A DNA stretch of 59,325 nucleotides, the filler included, from Circinaria calcarea (Eukaryota), in assembly GCA_051942165.1 (NCBI GenBank). It is 3 parts of 3 records of this genome, joined end to end, with 100 filler letters (N's around TTAATTAATTAA, not from the genome) between each part and the next. Parts side by side here need not be neighbours in the genome. Positions count along the whole stretch, not along the records: positions 19,850 to 39,576 come from JAVECS010000195.1; 2 more parts are not named here. One strand, 5' to 3'. This document shows positions 24,905-35,448 of the stretch, in pieces; positions within the stretch are counted from its first letter, which is position 1, and each line of letters begins with the position of its first letter. The position numbers and the translations under genes are program-made. The notes below the pieces were generated by a model. The model was not told where the DNA came from, did not search any database, and worked only from the letters and a program-made list of their open reading frames with translations.

Positions 24905-26422
24905 ATGTTCATCTTGTCGCCGAAGAGCCTTATTGCAGTTGGCGCCATACTACCTGCCCTTGCTACTATCGCTGTGTCCTTACGTTTCTATATTAGGCTC
25001 TCCAAAGCCTCCTCCGTTGATAAAGATGATTGGTTGATTCTGTTTTCACTTGTACGCCTTTCCCAGGTTCCGAATGCTATATGGCGAATTACGTTGACCT
25101 CAATGATCAGGTTCTCACCCTTGGCCTGGGCATCATGTTGATTGTTGGTAGGTTCCATTTTTCTTTACGCTTTTATGAGAGTTGTCTGACACTATTTCAC
25201 TATTTTATAGGGGCCGCCGTGGGTAGCTTAGCACAACCCACACCATTGGGTGATGGTCCGCTCGTATTCATGTTCGTACTCAATGACGCCTTGGTCATAA
25301 CTGAGAAGGTGAAAGCCTTTTAACCTCTTCAAATGCCTATGCAACAACAGCTTATCCACCGATCTAGATGAAATGGGCTTTCAACCTAATTCAAGTTTGG
25401 TCTTTCGGTGCTATAAAGCTTTCCGTGATTTATTTCTACAGGAAGATTTTCCGAGGCAAGATATTCGATATCTGCTCCAAAGTCTTAATAGGGATTATCA
25501 TATGCTGGACTCTGGCTTTCTTTTTTACCAATTTGTTTCAGTGCGGCACTGATTTCTCGGCGATATACTCGACACTTCATGACTATCTTACTCACTGTAC
25601 CGGTGATTTGTTTTACCAAAAGGCCTTTTTATTCTCGGACGTGTTTACGGATGCCATTATTCTGGCAATGCCAGTGCCTTTGGTATATTCCTCTGTTTTT
25701 TACTTATTCCATTGGTTCTGCTAATCCATTTGAAGATCTGGGAACTGCATCTGTCAACTGCCCGAAAAGCTGCTCTTTGCGGTGTATTCCTGCTGGGCGC
25801 AATGTACGTTTTCTTCCCTTAATCCCTCCCCGTACAGTTTTTTGTCAGGAAAGCTAATAGCAATTTCCAACGCCCAGAGCTGTTTTGGCAGGAATCGCCA
25901 GACTCGTGATTTTCGAATTATATCTCAAAAGTAATCTAATACTTATACTAGGAGAGAAATAGCGTCCTAACTGACCTAAATCGTAGATTCCTTCTCTCAA
26001 TCGCAGGGAATTAGTAAGTGCAAGTACTTTTTGCCTAGATATAGGAGCTAATATTGCCGGTAGTGCTTATCCCAAGATATTTATGCTGGAGCCTAACTGA
26101 AATGGGCATTTCCATCGTTGCCGCCTGCCTACCAACCCTAAGGCCTTTGTTCGGCGAGTTCTCGCTCCAGAGCCTCGTCAGGAGCGTGCGAGGTATTTTC
26201 TCGCTGCCTTCGTCAATCGTCTCAATCTTCTCCTGTGGCCAATCCAGCAAGAATGCGGAAAGCGCATCGAATTCATCTCACGAAAAATTTGCGCAACATG
26301 ATCCCCATTTTGATATGGGAACGGATATCTGCGCGATGAGAGATATTGAGGCTCAGCATAATTTACCCCCGGGAAAAATTATGGTGCATAACAATATTTC
26401 GCACCGGTTTTCCGAGTGTTAA
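24905..26422 (+). CDS. PTH11-like / SAT4-family fungal rhodopsin-domain 7-TM protein (no CFEM domain)
   Basis: AVSLRFYIR, DDWLILFS, IKLSVIYFYRKIF, FQC, DVFTDAIILAMPVPL|IWELHLSTARK, WSLTEMGISIVAACLPTLRPL; about eight exons splice in frame. Confidence 0.9.
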
Positions 26423-26745
26423 CTGATTCAGCATTTAGCACCTAGCTTGAGCGCAGAATTTAAATAATATTTTATATTAATCTCAGAGCTATCCTATGTT
26501 CAGTGTGACGGTTGTAATAATGGCTTAACCTTACACTTACTATTATATATCGCCTCTGCCAGGCGGAGGCGAGCGAACATACACGAAAGAAATTGTATTG
26601 CCGGAGATTTAGTAAGACTCCGCAGCCTCAAAAACTGTCTTTCATTCTGCTTTACTCCATTCGAAAAAAGCAATAGCGATGACACACGCAACCTGTTGGA
26701 AGCCATAGGGCTTACCGAGGCACGTGTTGCATAGGAGCTCCAGGC

Positions 26746-27323
26746 TCAACACTTCTATATACATCATATATCAGCGGTGAAGAGCAGCTGGTGGGGTAGC
26801 ATGATGGTTATACCACGCAGTGCAGCTGGTGGAAGCCGTCCAGAACATAAATGCCTTTGTCCGGAGTACTCGGCATATTTCTCGCAATAGGCAGCTGATG
26901 ATCCGCAGCCCATGTGTGGGGAAGGGCGACGAAACCGTTGACGGCGTACGAATCCCATGCTCGATCTGCCACAGTTTCGTTGTCGGAGCTGAAATCCGAG
27001 TAGAGCTGAAATGCCTGCCATGTTTCCCCCATCGACTCAACACCAGCTGATTTAGAGTCAGCCGAGCAACTACATAGAACGAAAGGTCATTGGGCACTGT
27101 AGCTAATTCTATTCCACCTCTGCTTCAAGGATGCTAGCTGTGATATGGTGTATACGTTCAATCCGCATAGAAAGATAACAAAAAGCGCAACAGAGGAAAT
27201 GTAAAGAGCGCGCTTGGCATTTCTTGGGGGTGAAGAAGAGGCAGGCGGTGGAGACACATGTGCTTCTAAAAGATGGCTTTCATCACCAGCATCATCTAAT
27301 TTGTCAAGCTGGTGGTAGAGCAT
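26746..27323 (-). pseudogene. Second DUF3328/UstYa-family gene, 3'-truncated
   Basis: MLYHQLDK..TM helix; DNETVADRAWDS, KGIYVLDGFHQLHCV (first HxxHC). After the next intron the frame reads KC* and I found no second HxxHC/LRQxxMC exon before the 3' end of the PTH11-like gene. Confidence 0.72.
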
Positions 27324-28131
27324 CGTAAGAGGCCGCACAAAAGTACTGAAAGTACAGTTTGGTAGATTTAGACTGCTTGGGAAATAATACCGCAAAAAAG
27401 GATAATGGATAAAAACTCGAGAACGGCAGTAAAGTTTTCAAAGACGCCGCATTTGCACTGGCGTATGAAAATCCATATCCCATACCAACCCCATCACCAG
27501 CGACGACAGGGGCAGGCCATTGTGCCGTGGGCTCTTTTCCCCCGCTTGGCATGTTCGGTGTTGGTGATATGGTACCACACCTCGGTTGATCCTACACGGT
27601 ATAACCTACAGTAGATACTAGTTCGGAGTGGCGTTGGCTACTGTAGCTGCACCGCAAGTACCGCTTATCCCACCAATTGGCTATTTATTTCGAGGCTTTG
27701 GCCCTTTGCTTAAGGGAGCCCCATGCTTACTGGTAGCCAGGACGCAAGACATGCAGCCACAGACATTGGCGTGAAACGTGTACGGAGAGCCTTGCTCGTG
27801 GAGTTGTATCACGCACTATAGTATACCTAAGTGGAGACAAGCTACTGATCGCTATGGTGACACCCCTAAAGGACAAAGTACGAGAGAAAGTCTCAGGTAG
27901 GTAGGTCATGATGGAGGGGAGGGGGGCGCACCGCATAACATAGTTTAGTACACCTACGGGAAAAGATTTAGGGGTAGTGCAAATCTTCGCGAGGCGTTTA
28001 TTTTGTGTAACAGGTCATCATGATTAAGATGCCAGATGGGTTGATTTTGGTACAAACTACCTACACGGTCGTGTAATCAGGAATACAGCAGTAAGTTCTG
28101 CATTTGCTAGCATCGAGCAAACGCGCTTCGT

Positions 28132-29498
28132 TCATGAATCCCAAGGAACAAGGGCATCCTTCCCGACCTTGGCCTCAATCATCCGCTTCGAGAGGTCCCA
28201 CAGCGCGGCGCCGAGCATGGGATCCGAAGCTTGGTTGGATTCTTTGCCCGGCATGCCCTGTTGAGATATTGTATCAGTACCAGCCGACATGGCGAGACGG
28301 CAAGATCTAAATTAAATGAGACTTACAGGGTCTTGCAAATAGTAGCCGTTCCATCCTTTCTCTTCAACTTCAGGGCTTGTTGCAGCGTAACTGTTGAGAG
28401 CCGAGAATTAGCTCGCCTTCTGATGCGCGAAGACACCGTTCTAGTGAAAAGACTGGTAGTTGATAAAATGGTGGAGACTCACAGAGCGCTGTAGGAACCC
28501 TGTTCGGGGTCACGGCCAATCGCCAACATGGCAGTTGTAACCAGCTTGCCAAACAAGCCTGGATAGGCGTCTTTCCACTGCTTTTGCATCTCCGTGTTAA
28601 CCTAGGTTGCTTGTGTTAGCCAGGAGACCTCACGACCGGGACTCCATCCTTAATTGGAGGATTGTAAAGCTAGAAAACAGTAATTGCGACACATACCGCA
28701 CCGGGATGCACAGAAAGTACATAGATGTTGTCTCCGTTCTTCTTGATAACCCTTTCGTATATGCCATACTTGGCTGCTAGTATCATCGCCAACTTCGCCC
28801 GGCCATACACCTCCAGGTTACCAATCTCCGGATTGTTGATTTCTTCCAGAGAACCAAAGTGAACCACACTGGGCGCCATGCGGTGCTGCTCCGACGACTC
28901 AAAAACAATCCGAGGAGCTGGCGTATCTGGCAAACGTGAAGTCTTCCGGAGAAGTGGGTACAGCTGGTTGCACACGTAGAACTGGCCAAGATAGTTTACC
29001 TGGAAATGGCGATCGTAGCCGTCGGCGGTCTCTCCGTACTGATTTGCATTGATACCGGCGGAGAGAATAAGCTTGAGCAATATTGTCAGTTTTAGTAATT
29101 CGAGACGGATGGTGCCCAGGAAATGGAAAAGGTACCAAATCGAGGCGTTCCTCGCGTTCGCGAATGCCACTGAAGACTTCCTCGATTTGTTTTAGGTTAC
29201 CCATATCGCACGGTAGCCACTCGATCTGCGCGTCTTCACCAGCCTCCTTCTTAATCTTCCCTATAGCTTCTTGACCTTGGTCTTCCTTACGGTTGATCAT
29301 GATGACGCGGGCTTTGTTGAGAACGAAGGCACGGGAGACCTCATACCTGTTAAGATTGACTGTGTAAGGGGCGGCCAATGAAGACATTGAAATAGCCTAC
29401 CCTATACCCATGGCCCCGCCCACCACGATGGCAACTCTACCGGAGAGATCATGAATCTCCTTCTTAGGCCCAATGACTGGTTTGAGAACGGATTGCAT
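28132..29498 (-). CDS. Short-chain dehydrogenase/reductase (retinol-dehydrogenase-like)
   Basis: MQSVLKPVIGPKKEIHDLSGRVAIVVGGAMGIG|YEVSRAF, FQVNYLGQF, YGRAK (YxxxK), VHPGA|VNTEMQ, ASDPMLGAALWDLS..PWDS*; six exons. Confidence 0.9.
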
Positions 29499-30393
29499 AT
29501 TGGAGACGGCCTGATGTTTCAGCGCTTCGAGAATGGAGGCGGGAAAATCAAAGGTGAAAGGTGTATGTTGAGGAAGACGATATGTTTTATCACATAGTTT
29601 CAAGGGGCTCTTTCGATTCAAAGCTGCGGAGACACTGTTTACATCATTGCGTTTGTGTAACTAACGTCATTGATGGCCGCGATGTTTCGGAGATTCCTCC
29701 GACGGATCGAATAGAAGCCCGTCATATCACATCAAAGAGACGTGTGAAAACACATCTCCTATCAGCGGAAAAAGAGACCACCGAGGGTGACTGTGTATCC
29801 TTGAGACACTTCAACGAGCAGAGAATAGAGGCATGGGATATTTAACAGCAGTTCATCTGATCCTACATAGCACAAAGTTATTTAGTAACCGACCAAACAG
29901 CCGACACTACGGTGAATTATATACCCGTGACCCTAAAGATTACTTAAAATGGAAATTGTTACCGAACGCAGAACACCGCACATCTTAAAACGCTCCTCTG
30001 TTTATGTCTCGTCAGCAACTCGGACATCAAAGGCATCTCTCCGTCCTGCAGCCATGCATATGCTGGAAAGTATCCCTATGACGATAGCATATAAAAACCC
30101 CGTGGCCTTATCTGATTGCTGGGACGCCGGGGGTTTCATATGAGCGAGCTCATTTGCGATCGCCAAACGAATGGAGTGCGAATACCAGCCATGTTTGGGG
30201 CTTTTACGCGACTATCCATCCCCACGTTCTGGAGATACCATGTTGTCTATATACCGGGGCACATGCTCCGGACCTGGCCTTGCATTTCGAGAAGGTCAAA
30301 ATTTTGATTCGTGGTACTGAATTGCTACGGAACCGTTGTCGACAGTGAGCTAGGAGCCCTGCCTTCTTGTAAACCACACACCCAAAGCTCATC

Positions 30394-30978
30394 ATGCGCC
30401 CCTTAATCTCCCTCCTCCTCCTCCTCCTATCAATCTCCATAATTGGTGTCTTTCCCCTGCCTCTCGAGACCACGCCCGCCAGCTTCCACCCCAGTCACCC
30501 ATCCCAACTCTTCCCCCGCTACCTCGTGCACTGCCTCGACCCCCAATTATACGACCCCATCCGACTCAACCACTGCTACGAAACTGCCCACCTTCTCTTC
30601 TGCCGTCCCAACGCCGGCCGTCCCACGGTCTTTGCACGCCGGCCCCGCTTCCCAGATACCGGGTTCAAAGTCCCTTTCAGCTGGATCATGGGCACCTGCT
30701 CCATCACCGTCGACATCGCGGATCACGTGGATCCCGCGACGGAGGAGACGTCGAGGGTGAGTGCCATCGGCACGAGAGCACTGGAGATTGTCAGGACGTG
30801 TGTGGACCATGGACCGCAGAAGGGGGGCTGGACGACGGTCGGGACACGTGATAACTTGAAAGTGGTGGTGCGCGGGAGGGTCAATGTGGAAGGGGAGAAA
30901 GATAATGACTGGAAGCATTGTCTGCGGGGGTCAGTTAACCCACTCCCGTCGGATCTGGGGCCGATACATTATGCGTGA
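30394..30978 (+). CDS. Secreted Cys-containing small protein, putative KP4/Ecp2-like effector module
   Basis: Single exon, 194 aa, signal peptide MRPLISLLLLLLSISIIGVFP; pattern C..HC..A..P.SW..GTC.I.VD..I...A..I..TC....GGW. The fold call is pattern-based inference. Confidence 0.75.
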   Translation: MRPLISLLLLLLSISIIGVFPLPLETTPASFHPSHPSQLFPRYLVHCLDPQLYDPIRLNHCYETAHLLFCRPNAGRPTVFARRPRFPDTGFKVPFSWIMGTCSITVDIADHVDPATEETSRVSAIGTRALEIVRTCVDHGPQKGGWTTVGTRDNLKVVVRGRVNVEGEKDNDWKHCLRGSVNPLPSDLGPIHYA

Positions 30979-31592
30979 AGGTCAGAAGGTGGGAGGCAAA
31001 TGCAGTTTTTTTTCTCTCTTTTGCTTGGTTTTGCAACAGAATCTCTGTCACTTTCTCATAATTACTCTGTTGCACGCAACGGATGTCTAGGCAAAATAGG
31101 CGGCAAACTTAACTGCCCGCTTACTGCAAACAAAAATGGCAACCGTTGAAGTAGAAAATGAATATGATATCCAAAAATAAAAGAGTGACTTACGTAGCTA
31201 AGGCGGTTGCTTACCATCCGAAGTACTACCAGGTCTTTATCCTTTGGATCGAGAGTATAGGGAATGAAAGTATCCCAAATTTAGCCCTCAGATATCGAAT
31301 TCCGGCGCAATGCCTCACAACACCAGATCTCGATCAATGCATTCATTCTTCTAACCCATACCCACCAAACGTCCACGAACAAGTTGATCTTACGGCTTGT
31401 TTTGAAGCAGAGTATGGCAAACCACGCGTCATCGAAAGACCAATTCCAGACCTAGCTCCCACCATACTGCCGTTACGTCCTGGAACAAGTGACAGGGGAC
31501 TCAGATAAATCTCTGAAATTGGAGCACCGTTCATTGCCATGTAAGTGTGAAAGCAAACAACTGACATGGCAGCATCCGCAGCTCGAGCCCTC

Positions 31593-33149
31593 TCATATGG
31601 TCTTGCACGCTGACACAGGCTGTCTCTGCCATGCAGCTTGTTCCTCACAGCCAGCATCTTTAGAAACGTCATGGGCAAAAATGGTCAGGTTTACATGTGG
31701 TGGGAGGGCTTTCAGACCGCCCACTCCAGGGTTGGCAGTTCGTTTCGGATGCTTGGTTTTGACAATGTCCTGCATGCTGATCGGGGGATCAGCGTGGAGG
31801 CCATAGTACGCTCTCCCACCTTGGGACGAGTGTATCGGATTTTCGATGCAGGTGCTTAGGAGAGCGGCGAAAGCTACTTTTATTTGGGTCGCGAGTAAGA
31901 CGACCGGCGTGGTGGCGGAAATGGTGACACCGCATGACCCTAGAGAAACGGCCGAATTAGCCTCTGAGGGTGTTGGTTACTTTCATTAAGCTTACTAGAC
32001 AGGTACGACTTGGGAGTCCTGGGCTTAACCGTCACCGTATCTGATGGAAACCCTATCCCTTGCCATTCTAGCTGAGAGCAATCGACTAAAGCAGGGCTCC
32101 CGAGTTTTGCGTCGCATTCGTAGGTCATCTCGTTTTGAGACTGAGACCCCACACGGGAAGACGGTCCAGGATCCCACCAAGCGACAAGGCGACCCCTTGG
32201 GTGACTCATTTCATCAGCTCGGTGCCAGAGCTCATGAGCCACCAACTGATAGTGAGCTTTAGGGTCACTGTTTTTTGTCGTGTCTGCAAGTGAACTAAGA
32301 CCCGCGGAAAGTCTCAGGGGAACAAGTGCACTATAGTCTCCCGGTGGACGCAGGTCCGATTTGGGATTGCCTATGGAAACCGTAATGAACCGCACATCGG
32401 TTGCTACTCGGCATGACTCGTTAGTAGAAATCATGGAAAACGAGATCGTTAGTTAACCCACCGCTGGATTCATATCGTGGCGGGAATCCTTCAACTCGGA
32501 CGTAGTTGTGTAGTGCGGCTAGACCATTTGTGATCCAACCGCCGACGCTTCTCTGCTGGCTACATTGCTGGATGACATAGCCCAACATGCCACGGATATC
32601 GTTAGGGACCAGTTCCATGTGTTCAGGATAGCCCAGGTTCGGGCCAGCCACTTGCACCCTTATTCTGCAAGTGCCTAACGCTGTATGTTAGCTCTGTGAA
32701 GGACGATACGAGCATTGTTATTCTGTAACTAGACTTTACCATGGGTTGCCGTCCACGGAAGACTATAGGGCCCCGGAGAGCCAACTAAGTCGTAGCGGAC
32801 CGGGTTGTTTCCATGGGGTAGTGCATGGTCTCCTGCAGCTTCGCAGTCAGCAGCCAGAACAACATAACCCGGTGGTCCAGTGCATTGATGGAAGTTCGGA
32901 GCAACTGGCGCGCGAGGGATTAGTTCTCGAGAAACTAAGGAGTGAGGAATAGGCATCATGTTAATCTAAGAATTTCGAGAGTATCAATTCCTTGAAATCA
33001 TAGGAATTATAATTGAGAAAGTATAAGAGCTGTGCCACGGTTGTATTGAGCAGCGCCTGTGACGGTTCTGTACGTTCGTGAAGATAACAATGTGCATGTG
33101 CAATCCAGTGAAACCAAATTGCAATCGAGCCAAGGAAGAAAGACCACAT
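31593..33149 (-). CDS. Secreted protein with two Cys-patterned KP4/Ecp2-like modules, about five exons
   Basis: MWSFFLGSIAIWFHWIAHA signal; module 1 HQC..ADCEAA..LPWTATHG|TCRIGV..YVIQQC..GGWIT; module 2 YECDAKLGSPALVDCSQL..|SCGVTI..ALLSTCI..QGGRAY; ends ..SACKTI*. Introns carry ctaac/ctaat branch sites; the first donor (gtggca) is weak. Confidence 0.7.
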
Positions 33150-34143
33150 ATTTATTAGCAGAGCAGATGAGTTGCACCAAAAAACAGGTCTACAACATTT
33201 CATGTTTCGGGTTGTAAAGAGTCCCTCGAGTCGATCTTCGTCGTCTGGCCAAGGCGTACATTGCCCCTTCTCCCTGACCAGCCCAAGTGCATCGACTTCT
33301 GAGCGGAAGAAGGGTTCATAGTCGAAGAGAAGGCCATTGATCGGGGATCCACATCCTTCTCAACCGCAGTCAGCTACTTTGGCACATTGACATTCACCGC
33401 ACCGCCTCAACAAACCTAGCTCTTAGCTTATTCCATTATTCCTTCTGAGCTTTTGCCGTCAACCACAAACAATCTATGACGAATACCTGGTGATCTCTCA
33501 TATGTCTATACACATATTCTGGTTGATAGAGCTCGCGGCTCAGTTGAACAACGCATCCAAAGAGTAGGGTCTGGTTTTCAAGAACATGCAGTAATTCTTG
33601 GCCATTTTGCACGCGGGTGACAAAACAGTTGGCACGTCAAATAATTTGGAGTCCCTGGCAGTAGGCCACGATAACCTCTAACTCTTGATTCGGGGGGTTC
33701 GGTTTTTTTTTGGCTAGAAATTTGTTATGCACGGGAGCACGGCACCGATGGGCTAAGCCCGATGCTGTAAAGCAAGCTGGCAGAAACTGTGCATTCGTAT
33801 CGGCCACACTAGGTCTACTAGCATAACATAGCTCCGTTGTGGATGTACAATAGAGCTATGTAAGGCCAGGCGGGGATGGCCTGGCAGACGAGTATTGATT
33901 GGCTGGGAGCACTGTTATTCCGGGCCTACCTAACATCCTCTGAGTATAACAAAGGAAAACTGAACCCCCCAAATGAAACAAGGCCGGCTACTATACTGGC
34001 ACATGACAGATACCGCTCATCATGTTGTACCACTACGTCTCCTCGCCTTAAAAATCCATCTCATGATTAAAAGACTTTAACAGTAAAGGATAGCCCCCGT
34101 TCTCTCCGCTAGCTGGGCCCGTTTCTGTATTCTCTTTCGCAGC

Positions 34144-34715
34144 ATGCCTTTGAGGCTCCAAATAGTCGTCTTCTATGCCGACTTCGATGAGATTATTAAG
34201 TGCTTTGGCTCTCCTACGAAAGCCCTTTCTCCCTTCCCTGCGTATTGTATACACCACCTATGGGACAGGACCTGATGCTCGTGCCGAATCGATGAAAGAA
34301 GCAAAGGAACGGACCCTGAGTGCTCACAAGGGCCGACCCTGCTAGCCGTTGGATCAAGGTAGTTGACACTGCTACCGGGAAGATAGTTGCTGTAGCACAA
34401 TGGCTCGAATACCAGATAGATCCTTACCCGCAGCCTCCTGCACGTCCAATCCAGGCATACTGGTAGCCAGAGGGAGGGAAGGAACTTCGCCACGAGGGCT
34501 ATCCAACAGCAGAGAGGCATTCGAACACGGAGGGCTGCACGACCCCATTTGCGTAAGTTCTAGAAACCTTTTAGCTTCTGGAATGCGTCACCGAGTTCTC
34601 TTTGAGTGCTGAATATCTGCTTCACTCATCCCGACTATCGACGACTCGGGGCCGGCTATCTCCTTGTAGAATGGGGCACGAAGAGAGCACGAGATGGGCC
34701 TCGAGGCATGGCTTT
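34144..34715 (+). pseudogene. GNAT-family acetyltransferase pseudogene
   Basis: Fragments MPLRLQ..ADFDEIIKC, SRWIKVVDTATGKIVAVAQW, AYW*PEG (TAG 34464-34466), LNICFTHPDYRRLGAGYLLVEWGTKRAREMGLEAW (acetyl-CoA motif A); several frameshifts, C-terminus missing. Confidence 0.8.
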
Positions 34716-35448
34716 GCAATCGATAATTAGGCCTTGAAACCGACTGAAGTAGGGAATGGAAACGGTTAGAGGGAGAACTTTTCACCGTTCACCGGCTTCT
34801 TTGTGTGGAAGCCAAAACAGTCATCCCATGGGAGACGAAGTTTGGAGTATAAGCTGCCACTGGTTCCAGGACAATTGACCAAAGGGGGTATCCGCGGCTG
34901 CGCCAAGTTGTGCTGCTACTATTGAGCGGTCTTTGAGAAGCAGGCTTCTCCTAACGGTTCTGTCAAGTACTTCGTGATGGAGAAGACTATGCGAATGGAG
35001 TACCATATTTTTCCCATAACGCATACGTCAATGCTATTAAAAACATGAAGCTCCTTGATTATGCGGAATTGGAAAAGCAGCACAAAGAACAGAAAAGTCA
35101 CACCCTAGAGAATAGAAGGAGTAGGAATGCGGAGGAGCCTGAGTGAGGATTCGCGGATAGCTCGAAGATACATAATATCTTCGGCTAGGGCATTCATGGA
35201 AGAGGGCTATCCGCAAAATTCCATTAAACAAACGTTTATGATAATGAAACTGTTACCGATCCTTTTGGAATAAGAGATAAGAAGCTTAACAGAAGATGAA
35301 AATATTTCGCTCTATACATTATAAAGCGAGAACGAAGTAGACAAACCCAGCTGCTTACTGGTGATAACCCTCGCGTACAGTTATCAGACATCAGTCATAT
35401 CACCTTCTTCTTACTCCATATCTAATTTTCCTACACATTCCCCATATC

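Noticed and set aside
34464..34466. A-to-I editing rescue of TAG to TGG in GNAT, and of the DUF3328 stops
   Set aside because: GNAT also has frameshifts and lacks its C-terminus; the DUF3328 motif needs Gln (CAG), which A-to-I editing cannot restore.
19850..35400. Dikaritin precursor peptide (signal peptide + KR-delimited repeats) near the DUF3328 genes
   Set aside because: I read the ORF track and the intergenic stretches and found no repeated core peptide; none is claimed.
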